Below are positions 38,040 to 49,233 of a stretch of 64,000 nucleotides of DNA, one piece after another. This stretch comes from Heterodontus francisci. Its lineage: Eukaryota. Numbering within the stretch: the stretch's first letter is position 1; each line of letters opens with the position of its first letter. Position numbers and translations under genes: made by a program. The notes under the pieces were generated by a model. It saw nothing but the letters and a program-made list of their open reading frames with translations. It made no database searches and had not been told where the DNA came from. The stretch covers positions 55,239,895 through 55,303,894 of the forward strand of contig NC_090384.1 in the NCBI RefSeq assembly GCF_036365525.1, in the 5' to 3' direction.

Positions 38040-39465
38040 TAACACCTCTATTCAAGAAATGAGGGAGACAAAAAAGCAGGAAAGTATAGGCCAGTTAGCT
38101 TAACATCTGTCATAGGGAAAATCCTAGAATCCATTATTGAGGAGGTAATAGGGCATTTAGAAAATCATAATTCAATCAGGCAGAGCCAACATGGTTTTGT
38201 GAACAGAAAATCATGTTTGACTAATTTATTAGAGTTCTTGTGTAAGTAACAAGCAAAGTGGATAAAGAGAAACCCGCAGACGTAGTGTACTTGGATTTCC
38301 AAAAGGCATTCGATAAGGTGCCACATCAAAAGGTTACTGCACAAAATAAGAGCTCATGGTATAGGGGAAAACATATTAGCATGGATAGAGGATTGTTCAC
38401 TGACATGAAGCAGAGAGTAGGGATAAATGGGTCATTTTCAGGTCATTATTAGTGGAGTGTCACAGAGATCAATGCTGGGCCCTCAACTATTTACAATCTA
38501 TATCAATGACTTAGACGAAGGGACGAAATGTATGGTACCTAAATTTGCTGATGACACAAAGGTAGGTAGGAAAGTAAGCTGTCAAGAGGACAGAAAGTGT
38601 CTAGAAAGGAATTTAGATGGGTTAAGTGGGCAAATATTTGGTAGATGGAGTTATAATGTGGGAAAGTGTGAACTTGTCCAATCTGGCAGGAAGAATAGAA
38701 AAACAGTATACTATTTGAATAGAGAGAGACTGCAGAACTCTACGGTACAGAGGGATCTGGTTGTCCTGGAACATGAATTACAATAAGTTGGTAGCAGGCA
38801 CAGCAAGTGATTAGGAAGGCAAATGAAATGTTGCCGTTTATTTCAAGGAGAATCGAGTATAAAAGTAGGGAAGTGTTGCTACAGCTGTACAGGGCCTTAG
38901 ATAGACTGCATCTGAAGTAGTGTGTGCAATTTTGGTCTCCTTACTTAGGAAAGGCTATCATTGCGTTAGAAGCAGTTTAGAGAAGGTTGACTCGACTGGG
39001 ATGAAGGGGTTATCTTATGAGGAAAGGTTGCACAGGTTCTACCCATTGGAGTTTAGAAGAATGAGAGGTGATCTTATCGAAACATAAAAGATCTTGAGGG
39101 CACTTGACAGTGTGGATGCTGAGCAGATGTTTCTCCTTCTTGGCGAATCCAGAACTAGGGGACACAGTCTAAGAATTAGGAGTCTCCCATTTGAGATTGA
39201 GAGGAGGAGAAACTTTTTCTCTGAGGGTCGTTAATCTGTGGAATTCTCTTCCCTAAAGAGCAGTGGAGGCTGGGTCATTGAATACATATTCAAGGCTGAG
39301 TTAGATTTTTTGTTTATTTGACAAGGGAGTCTAGAGTTATATAGGGACAGACAGGAAAGTGGAATTGAGGCTGCAATCAGATCAACCATGATGTTATCAA
39401 ATGGCAGAGCAGGCTCGAGGGACCGAATGACCTACTCCTGCTCCTAATTCTTATGTTCTTGTGTT
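38040..39465 (+). mobile_element. 5'-truncated CR1 LINE (RT and 3' tail)
   Basis: DVVYLDFQKAFDKVPH, KFADDTKV, 3' tail cctactcctgctcctaattcttatgttctt. Confidence 0.85.
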
Positions 39466-41053
39466 TGTGTCCTCTCCACAGATGCTGCCAAACCTGCTGA
39501 GCATTTTCCATGTTTATTTTAGATTTTCAGCATCCGTAGTATTTCGTTTTTGAATAAGTGAAAAATGTGTGAGAATCCTGAGACATTCCTACTTCAAGTT
39601 TTCTTGTTAATTAAGAGTTAACTTAAATACTATGACTGACTGCAGACTTCTTTAATTGCATTTAATGTGACTTCACAATTCTCCAGCTTTGTAAATGAGT
39701 TTCAGAACATTGTAAATTAGATTTTTCACGAACTGTCATTTAATAAAATGCTTATACTTAATCTTCTACTTAACTATATTTTTATCCCTGCTTGCGATAC
39801 GCCCTGGTTAGAAGTGGCCGAGAAGTGACATGATGGGAAACTGTGGCCTGGACCATCAATGGACAAATGTTTTATTGATCCCAAATGTTTTAAAAGGAAT
39901 GAAATGGTCAAAAAATAAATTTCAGCAGGAATTCAAGCAGTGTGTTAAAACAGACTGTGTGTGAGAGAACTAAAAGATAAACACAGTGGTCGACTTCCAG
40001 AGGTCCAGATTGAAAGCAGAGGAAGCAATAGAGTCTTGAATCCTAAACCAAGGCCACCATATTTCCTTGCTTCAGTTAAGCTCGTCATTGGAATGTTTAT
40101 GAGCTGATAGGAGTCCAACCGTGTGAAAACATTTAAAGCCAGGGATCGCAAGACTCTGATATGGCCTGGGCAGGAAGATGGATAGGTGACATATCTTTCA
40201 ATTGGGCAGCTCGAATCCTAGTAAAGCAACGATTGGGTTAGATTGGTCTCCATCAGTTTTGCTGTGTAGCAAAGTAATAAGAAAGGGTGCTCTGAGCACT
40301 TAAGGTGTAGAGCAATTTGTCTAGGGGCTTGGGACCATCCTACAGACAAACCCTCAGGGAAGGACAGGCTGGCAGAGGGACAACACATGTATATGTCGCA
40401 TTGACTGACCATTGGAGTAGTCACACGGCAATCGCCCTTCTATCTAAAGCATTACGGTAATGCAGTTGCACTTTGATACTACTGCTCAGGCATTAACATG
40501 TTTGTTCCCTAGATTAGTCAGTGTTTGCTTATAATGAAAGAAATTGAACTGTCACCAATAAGGGTATCACTCGAATCAATTTGGAACTGGACAGTGAAGG
40601 GGTTAATCGACTCTGACCCCCAAATTCTAACATATTTCAACACACTATTAAGCAAACAGTTAGTTTTGGAATAGTGTGCACTGTAACAAAACCATACACA
40701 GTCAAGTTTCGCTATACTTCAAAATAATCTAGGGAACAAAATACTTCTACATATTCAAGCTTTGCTACATCAGGGAGTTCTGCTTTTGGTGCTGAGATGA
40801 GGCATCGTCAACACCATTGTGCCTGCCAATATCAAATTAACAAAAGCAGTAGATCGGATAAGTACCCCGACTATCATGAACCCTGATCTCATGTTATTAA
40901 ATGCATTGACAGAGTCAGAACAACACAGCAGAGCTGTTTGTAAAAGTTATGCAGAGCACTACTTGGCCAGCTTTGCACACAGTCCAGGTTTATATCCAGT
41001 ATTGAATGAACCACAATTTCCTCCAGTTAAATGTTAGGAAGCCCAAAGCCTAT

Positions 41054-41723
41054 GGCCGGAATTTTACGCTGGGCGGTCGGGAGCCGGACTCTGACGTAAA
41101 TGTCGGTGCCGATCCCGCTCCCGCCCAGCCTGGGGATCTGTCCAGTATTTTACGGATCCCCAGGCTTCAATTGGCCCAAGGCAGGACTTACACCCACTTG
41201 AGGGAGGAAGTCCTGCCTCAGTGAGCTGCCGGCCAATCAGCGGGCCAGCAGCTCTTAGTCTCAGCAGCGCCACTGCTGAGACTGCAGCCCATCCGACAGA
41301 GGAGGACGCAATGGAACCGGGACAGAAGATAAGTTCGGACAGCCTCACCAGGGGAATTGGTCACGCCCTGGTGAGGGTAGGGTAGTCGTTTGGGGGGAGG
41401 GAGGGCGTCTTGGATCCCGGGGTTGGGTTGGGAGGCGGGGCGGCCCCCCCGGGATGCGGAAAGGCCAACAGCTATGGCTGGGTGGCCTTTCACGTACCCG
41501 GCACACCCGCTTGCCACGGGTAAAATACCTGCGGAGGTGGGCAAGGGCCATTAAGTGGCCACTTAAGGGTCTTGATTGGCGTTGGGCGAGCGGGCCGCTT
41601 CTCACCTCCGGACCTCCGCAAACTTGGTCGGAGGCGGATATTCGGGGCGGTTAGGCCTCCCGGAGCCTGCCGCTCAATTTTACGCCGCCCTCCGACCCTC
41701 TGTGGCAGCGTAAAATTCCGGCC
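41054..41723. mobile_element. Non-autonomous TIR element (MITE, PIF/Harbinger-like)
   Basis: Perfect 18-bp terminal inverted repeat GGCCGGAATTTTACGCTG / CAGCGTAAAATTCCGGCC, GC-rich interior, flanks TAT/GAT (possible decayed 3-bp TSD), inserted in an L2 remnant. Confidence 0.75.
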
Positions 41724-43005
41724 GATGTCTTCATCCTCTGCCACAAACTCCATAATATTGCCACTGACTCTCTGACGGATCTGAACCAGACTATTCACTA
41801 CTTCGGCATCCTATCGGATTCCATCGCTCCATCAGAAAGTGGGCTTCCTTCCAGCTCTATAATATAATCTAACTCCTCTCCATCTCCGCCCATGTGCCCC
41901 TGAAACCCTCATCTGTGTCTCTTACTTCCAGGCTCTATTATTACAATGATTTATTGGCCTAAATCCCATTCTGCACCATCAGTAAATTTCAGTTCATCCA
42001 AAATTCAGCTACCTGTGCCCTGTCCAACACCAAGCCTCATTTAACAATCACTAAGGTACATTGGCTCCAAGTCCTTTCAATTTAAAATTCTCGAAGTTGA
42101 ATCTCCCATGGCCTTTCTCCTTCCGACAACTCTAACCTCCTCCCAACCTAAAACCCCCCAATCCATATTCTCCATCGCTCTAATTCTGACCTCTAATGCA
42201 TTCTTCCTCCCCCAACACACACCTGCTAACCCTTAGCAGCACTAGTGGCTTATGCTGCCTAGTTTGCATGCTTTGGAATTCCTTCCCTAAACTCCTGTGC
42301 CTTTCTACCCACTTCTACTCTTTCAAGATTCTCCTTAAAACACAGCTCCTCAATCCTCTTAATACCTGCTTCTCTGGCTTATTCTGATTACACCTCTGTG
42401 AAGTACCTTTTCTACATTCCAGACACCACAGCAACAACCAAGGACTGGGAGACCAGGAGAGAGCAAATTGGTCAGCAGAAAGTGAGGGGAGCCACAAACT
42501 TAGTTTATCAAAATGAAATTCTGTATAATTTAATGTTAAAACAGGCCTGCCCAAATTTTAGACAGATGTTCAATAAACTAAATTCAATGTAAAAATGAAT
42601 CCACTATATTTTAATATAACCAAAAACTCTCAGTTACAGTTTTCATTTCCCCTTCTTCACCCTATGATATCCACTGCAAGATAATCCACAAGAAGGGCTT
42701 CACAAATATAGCAAATGTCTTTCTCACCCTCAGGTGGAATGTTTCACTATTCCTGATTGTTCCACCTTACCCAAGATCTTGTAAACCTGATCACATCTTA
42801 CAAAACAAACAGTCCTGTGATTGCAACACAAGCAATGTCAGGTGAATGTCTTACTGCTAACTAACCACCCACCTAATCTAATATTCTTTTAACCTCTTGA
42901 AAAACGCACTCTAATTATTCATTGTGATTTTCAGAAAACAAATATTGTAGCTAAAACGGTAGAAAAACATGTTAAATAAAATGGTCAGAGAAATGCTGAC
43001 AATAC

Positions 43006-43383
43006 CTTTTATATTTAAATTAACCTCTTTACATAGTGATGAATTCGTGGCTGGATGTTTTACTTCACAAACATACCCTGCGTCATGGTCTTCACAAATG
43101 GTTGGTATAAAAAGTAGAATGCTGGTGACACTGTATGTGTTGTCTTCATATTCCAGTTCAGTTATACTGTGGGCATATTTGGGTTGCTCTGTTTCTCTCC
43201 CATCAATGAATTCTGTTTTTCCTGGCTCAAGTTTCACAATTTCTTTGGTTATGCCGTTCTTTTGTTTGTACCAAGTGATAGCCAGCGGTCTGGGTTTAAA
43301 TCCATTGATAGGGCAGGTCACGGCGAGCACTTCTTCATGAATAATATGAGGCGGTATTACTATATCAGTCATCCTCGGTTCAA
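43006..43383 (-). CDS. NCR3LG1: Post-TM IgC1-type exon 2 (both canonical Cys present)
   Basis: Acceptor tttattcccttttgaaaaaaag|TT (slightly atypical), donor AAAG|gtattg, 378 nt, phase 1-1. EPRMTDIVIPP..VTCPINGFKP..ITW..DNTYSVTSIL..DAGYVCEVKHPA. Confidence 0.82.
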
Positions 43384-44344
43384 CTTTTTTTCAAAAGGGA
43401 ATAAAATAAAATATTTACTATTTTAAAAGTTCTCAGAAGTTATAGCGTATAGACTACATTAAAAAAAGTTTGTTACCTACTGCCTATCAAGTACAAAGGG
43501 AAATTCAGGCAAAAAAAAGCATCTAACGCTGTTGTACACAGTCCAAACAGCTGGCCTCACCAGACAGTACAAGATAGCCAGTAATAGAATTTTAAATGTG
43601 GTCCACACTACTTCAGGCTTATTCAGGAAATATAACTATGAGACACCATGCAAAATGTTCCAACTGTGCAATCCTTTAGGCTCAAATTTAAAGGCATGTA
43701 TCCAGTTAAAAGAAATGGGCAAATGAGAAAAAAAAATTATGCAAAGGCTCAAAAATGACTTTTTAAAATTTTTTAATCTCTACAAATGTAGCATGGGAAA
43801 TGACAAGCACGAATTAATCTGCAGGACACAGGAACAAAGCAAACAGCCCAAGATTTCATGTCACAAAGTGCTGCCATGCTTACCCATGCCAAGCCCTCTC
43901 TCAACATGACAGCTCTTTCACTGCATCTCATCAAACCCATATCTCTGCAGGGCACGCAGTCAAGTTGCATACACAACTAAATGCTTTGCCAAACACTTTT
44001 AATGACTTCATTCAATAAATTATTGCAACACAAATATGGTCACTAACTGTTACCTAGAAAGAGCTTCCATTTGGGCATGTCAGCCATCAGCATCTCCCCC
44101 ACCTACTTCACAAAATAAAGCAGTGTTGTGACATTGGAAAGTTGTGTCATGCTATCCAGTATGAAAAGATATGAAAATACTGATCAGTGCAATTGTTTTA
44201 TATTTGTGGGCATCACATTCGGTGACCTTACAGTGCTAGATAGGAACAAACTGAAGGTATAGCTGTGTGGAGTGATAGCCTTGCCGACCACTAGGACTGC
44301 CATATATATGTTGCAAGGTGTCTGCAAATGTCGTTTTCGCTGAT

Positions 44345-46095
44345 GACATGGTCCTACAACTTCTTCTTTGGCCTCATTGTCTCGAGAGACAATGGTTTTT
44401 GAAGCAGCACCTGGAGTGGCTATAAAGGCCAATTCTAGAGTGACAGACTCTTCCACAGGCACTGCAGATAAAATTGGTTGTCGGGGTTGTTACACAGTTG
44501 GTTCTCTCCTTGAGCTTTTTTTTTTTGCCAACTGCTAAGTCTCTTCCACTCGCCACTCTTTAGCCCTGCCTTTATGACTGTCCGCCAGCTCTGGCAATCG
44601 CTGGCAACTGACTCCCACGACTTGTGGTCAATGTCACAGGATTTCCTGTCGCGTTAGCAAACGTCGTTTAAAGCGGAGACATGGATGGCCGGTGGGTCGA
44701 ATACCAGCGACAAGCTTGCTGTACAATGCTTCCTTGGGAATCCTGCTATCTTCCATGCGGCTCACATGGCCAAGCCATCTCAAGCGCCCCTGGCTCAACA
44801 GGGTGTATATGCTGGGGATGTTGGCCACCTCCAGGACTTCTACGTTGGAGATACGGTCCTGCCACCTGGTGCCAAGGATTCTCCGAAGGCAGTGAAGATG
44901 GAATGAGTCGAGACGTCACTCTTGACTGACATACGTTGTCCAGGCCTCGCTGCAATAGAGCAAGGTATTGAGGACACAGGCTTGAAACACTCGGACGTTT
45001 GTGTTCCGTGTCAGTGTGCCATTTTCCCACACCCTCTTGGCCAGTTTGGATGTAGCAACGGATGCCTTTCCCATGCGCTTGTTGATTTCTGCATCGGGAG
45101 ACAGGTTACTGGCGATGGTTCAGCCCAGGTAGGTGAACTCTTGAACCACTTCCAGAGCGTGGTCGCCGATATTGATGGATGGAGCATTTCTGACATCCTG
45201 TCTCATGTTATTCATTTTCTTGAGGCTGATGGTTAGGCCAAATTCATTGCAGGCAGCCGCAATCCTGTCAATGAGTCTCTGCAGACACTCTTCTGTGTGG
45301 GATGTTAATGCAGCATCATCAGCAAAGAGAAGGTCCCTGATGAGGACCTTCCCTACTTTGGTCTTCGCTCTAAGATGGGCAAGGTTAAACAACCTGCCAT
45401 CTGATCTTGTGTGGAGGAAAATTCCTTCTTCTGAAGACTTGAACGCATGCGAGAGCAGCAGTGAGATGATGATCCCAAACAGTGAGAACACAGCCCTGTT
45501 TCATGCCACTCAGGATAGGAAGGGGTCTGATGAGGCACCGCTATGCTGAATTGTGCCTTTCATATTGTCATGGAATGAGGTGATGATACTTAGTAACTTT
45601 GGTGGACATCCGATCTTTGCTAATAGTCTGAAGAGACCACGTCTGCTGACGAGGTCAAAGGCTTTTTGGTGAGATCTATGAAAGCAACGTAGAGGGGCAT
45701 CTGTTGTTCGCGGCATTTCTCCTGTAGCTGGCAAAGGGAGAACAGCATGTCAATGCTTGAAAGCCGCACTGTGCCTCAGGGTAGACATGCTCAGCCAGCT
45801 TCTGGAGTCTACTTAAAACAACTCGAGCGAAGACTTTCCCCACTACGATGAGCAGGGAGATTCCACGGTAGTTGTTGCAGTTAACGTGGTCACCGTGGTT
45901 CTTACAGAGGGTGATGATATTGGCATCGCGCATGTCCTGTGGTACTGCTCCCTCATCCCAGCACAGGCAAAGCAGTTCATGGAGTGCTGAGAGTGTAGCA
46001 GGCTTGGCGCTCTTGATTATTTCAGAGATAATGTCGTCCTTTCCAGGGGCTTTTCCATTGGCTGGAGAATCAATGGCATCACTGAGTTCCTACAA
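44345..46095 (-). mobile_element. 5'-truncated RTE-clade (BovB/RTE-1-like) LINE
   Basis: NYRGISLL, PEAQCGF, KAFDLVSR, DGRLFNLAHLRAKTK..DLLFADDAAL, RLRWLGHVSRM, C-terminal CSACGRVCHSRIGLYSHSR and a short gaa-repeat tail near 44360. Confidence 0.88.
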
Positions 46096-46923
46096 CTGAT
46101 TCCTGCTAATTTATAGTAAGCAGAGACAGTTATTCCTGGTCATTTGCAAAATGGTATGCCAAAGCCTACAGGTACGATCTGGTTCTTATTGATCTCCAGG
46201 TCATGATTTATTTCATCATGCCAGTTCATTCAAGAAATAGTGCATGAGAAACATTTTTAAAAATTACAAGTCGTAAACAAAAGTTAGCTCCTAAATATTG
46301 CTCCAAAAATACATAATTAAAAATTTCAATAAATATGGAAAAATGCCAAAAACAGTTCTGTAAACATTGCAACCAAAAACTCCCTCGCGTGCAGCATCCC
46401 TTGCTCTTGTTCTCATCAATTCACAAAGGAAAAATAGCAAACCTGGTATAAATGTTATAGAATTGTGCTCAATATTTAAATATTCTTCCATACAACCCAA
46501 GGCTTAAATGACACCAAGAGGATTTCATCTGTCTAAATTCACAAGATTGATTAATTATAGACCAGAAGGCGACACTATAGGACCAGCTTTCCAAACATTG
46601 TGATCCAACTGTGTTTGTTGCACATCTGCTCTTCATACAAAGTTAAAATTAAACACTAGGAGAGCACTGGTATAAGAGGAGGCAGCTCAGAATGTACAGA
46701 ATGAATTGGATAAAATACATAATGAGCAAAGCAATATCGGGCTTCATGTGTTAGTGACAACTTTTCCATTTTGTAATGGTGGATCATTTACCCATAATAT
46801 TCTGGAAATCATTCCATAACAAGGTAGTTTCAACTATGTAAAAATAAATGTACAGGTATATCTCTTTATAAACAAAATTTATTCAGTTATGCTCATTTGA
46901 TATCACTTGCAACATTTACTTAC

Positions 46924-47349
46924 TTCCTTCAACTTTCAGCATGATCTTCTTAATTATAGGCTTTGCAAGAGTACTATGTTGGACTTGAACCTGCAGAGTG
47001 GCTCCATCATCTTTATGAATATCAGGCAATAGCATAACTTTGCAATGCACACTGGAGCTACCATCATTGTTGTGCTTAACAACTGGCATCTCAAATTTGA
47101 AGGATCCACCTTGCTCATCAAATTGAGATCCATTTATTGAAATAAGTTTCTGCTGGTCATCTGCTGTAGGATTCTGAGTTGTATAGGTCCACTGATAAAT
47201 CTCATTTGGCTTGTCTTCCCATTTTCTTTGTAGTGACCAGTGAACAGAAATGTTCTCAGGCCTATACCCAGAAATCTGACAATTCAGAAGAGCTTCTTGC
47301 AAATGTATAATCCGTGGAGGTTTGCTGATATCAGAAACTTTTGGAGGAA
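46924..47349 (-). CDS. NCR3LG1: Post-TM IgC1-type exon 1 (predicted cytoplasmic; long central insert; F-strand Cys absent)
   Basis: Acceptor tttttttttag|TT, donor GGAA|gtaagt, 426 nt, open, phase 1-1. VPPKVSDI..LNCQISGYRPENISVHW..NNDGSSSVHCKV..DDGATLQVQVQHSTL. Confidence 0.82.
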
Positions 47350-49116
47350 CTAAAAAAAAACTTAGAAGTTTATCCATTCTTTGCCACAAGGTCTTTGTCA
47401 CTTCAAAAATATCAGCATCAATCCATTCCATGACTAAACATTACTATTACTGGAATAATAAATATCAACACGACAATACAACAGTAGATTTAGCATATAA
47501 CTAAATATGAAATTAAATAAGATGTTCATCAAAACAAATTTGCCTTCACCAAAATAATCATAAGCATCCCCAAGTTAAAGTATAACTATGAGGTAGAGAA
47601 ACACAAATAGACAAATCAGGGACTAAGTGAGAAGCTAAGGCAAAGGTAGAGAAACATCAGGCCACAAGGTCAGAAATCAGTAACTGAAAACAGCAGAGAT
47701 CAGTAATGCATGACAGAAACCAGTGTTCCATAGACAGATAATCCAAAAAAAAGCTAGACCCAGAGAGAAATCAGGAAGGCACAGAAATCTGGGAAGATCT
47801 ACAGACAGAGGGGATCAGGCAAACACAAATCTCCAAAAGGAAGAGAGATAGCAAAATAGGAGACACATCAGCTGCATGAAAGGCAGACAGACAGACTGCG
47901 GTGGATAGAGACAGATCAAATTGTACAAATATTTTAAATTACATATTTCACATTAATATGGTTACATTTATTGACTGAATTCTCATGTCTTTTAATGCCT
48001 TCATTAAGGTTTTTACTTAAGACTGCAGCCTCTTCCAAAGCCTACATTTAGAACTAATGTGTTTGCTTGGACCTGTGACTTTCAGTTGAATTTGATTTCT
48101 GCAGTCTGATAAAGTGCAGTGCACCGAATTTCCCAGGATATATCAGTACTAGTTAGCTGGACCATTTTCATCAGCTTTTTTTTTTCTAGCACTTTCTACC
48201 TGGTAGCAGTTTTTCAAAAAAAAAAAAAATTGTTTAAGTTTCAAAAACTTAAGTAAAACAATTTATAGATTTTTTTGAAAAAGCCACTCTTTGGGAATAG
48301 AAAAAGTGATTAGCAACAAGTGCATTAGTAGTGCAATATATTGTGCTTATAAATTTCAGAAAACACATTAAGCTGAGTGTGAGATAGGTGTGAGAACACA
48401 CAAAGGAGTGAGAGTACAAGCGTTCACGAGACTGAAGGGGGGGGGGGATAGGGAGGGCAAACAGACAGGAGGGTAGTTTTCAAGCTGCCTTCCTTGCTTT
48501 TAGTTTCTACATATCCTGTTTCTCTGTTCAGAGTTGTTTCTGTTTCACTTTGTCAAATGCTGAAGCCATGGTATCTTACCAATATTTAAAATTCCCCCTT
48601 TCTATGGACACTAGTTTTAAACTGAGCTGTCGAGAAGTAAACAGATGCAAAGTAATATTCAGTCAAATGCAGAATAAAATACTTGTTTTTAATTGTATTA
48701 ACTTAAAGAAAAGCCTGGGTTATTACCTTGTTCACAGCATTATCCATTGATTATTTGCAAATACTGTTTATAAAAATGTTTTTTTTTAAAAAGCTGAAGT
48801 TTTTTTATTTGAACAGACCTGCTGTATTGGGTCTCCTTGCTTACAAGCTGCAATGATATCATGCATACTGCTTGTTGTATAACTTTAGATTGACCTTTGA
48901 TAGCATCAGTCGCTGCCCAACCCCAAGAAAAGCACTCCAAACAAAAACACTGACGGATCACCCAACTCAGTACAGATCAATGATATGATAATTCAACTTT
49001 ACATGAGGAAAATTTATCAAATGAATGAGTGAGCCAGAGAAAGAGCTCAAATAAGACAGTTTTGAATGCTTATGTGCTTCTTAAATTTCTAAAAAGTGAA
49101 TTAAAGAATATTTTAC

Positions 49117-49233
49117 CTTTTCTGAGATACTTCAGATACGCATAAAATCCAACACCCAGGATCACTAAACACATCAGTATACTAACAATTACACTTGCAA
49201 ATATTATCCCAACTGGTACAACAACTTCTGGCT
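49117..49233 (-). CDS. NCR3LG1: B7-H6-like gene, transmembrane exon
   Basis: Acceptor tctacag|AG, donor AAAG|gtaaaa, 117 nt, phase 1-1. EPEVVVPVGIIFASVIVSILMCLVILGVGFYAYLKYLRK is a long hydrophobic helix followed by basic stop-transfer residues, indicating type I orientation. Confidence 0.85.

Noticed and set aside
39790-40631. Second possible solo LTR ending TCTAACA
   Set aside because: No matching TSD or clear 5' boundary could be identified.
48727-48763. Possible short alternative tail exon after the TM (ataaacag|TA..CAAG|gtaata; VFANNQWIML*)
   Set aside because: Contains an in-frame stop, has a poor polypyrimidine tract and has no supporting homology.
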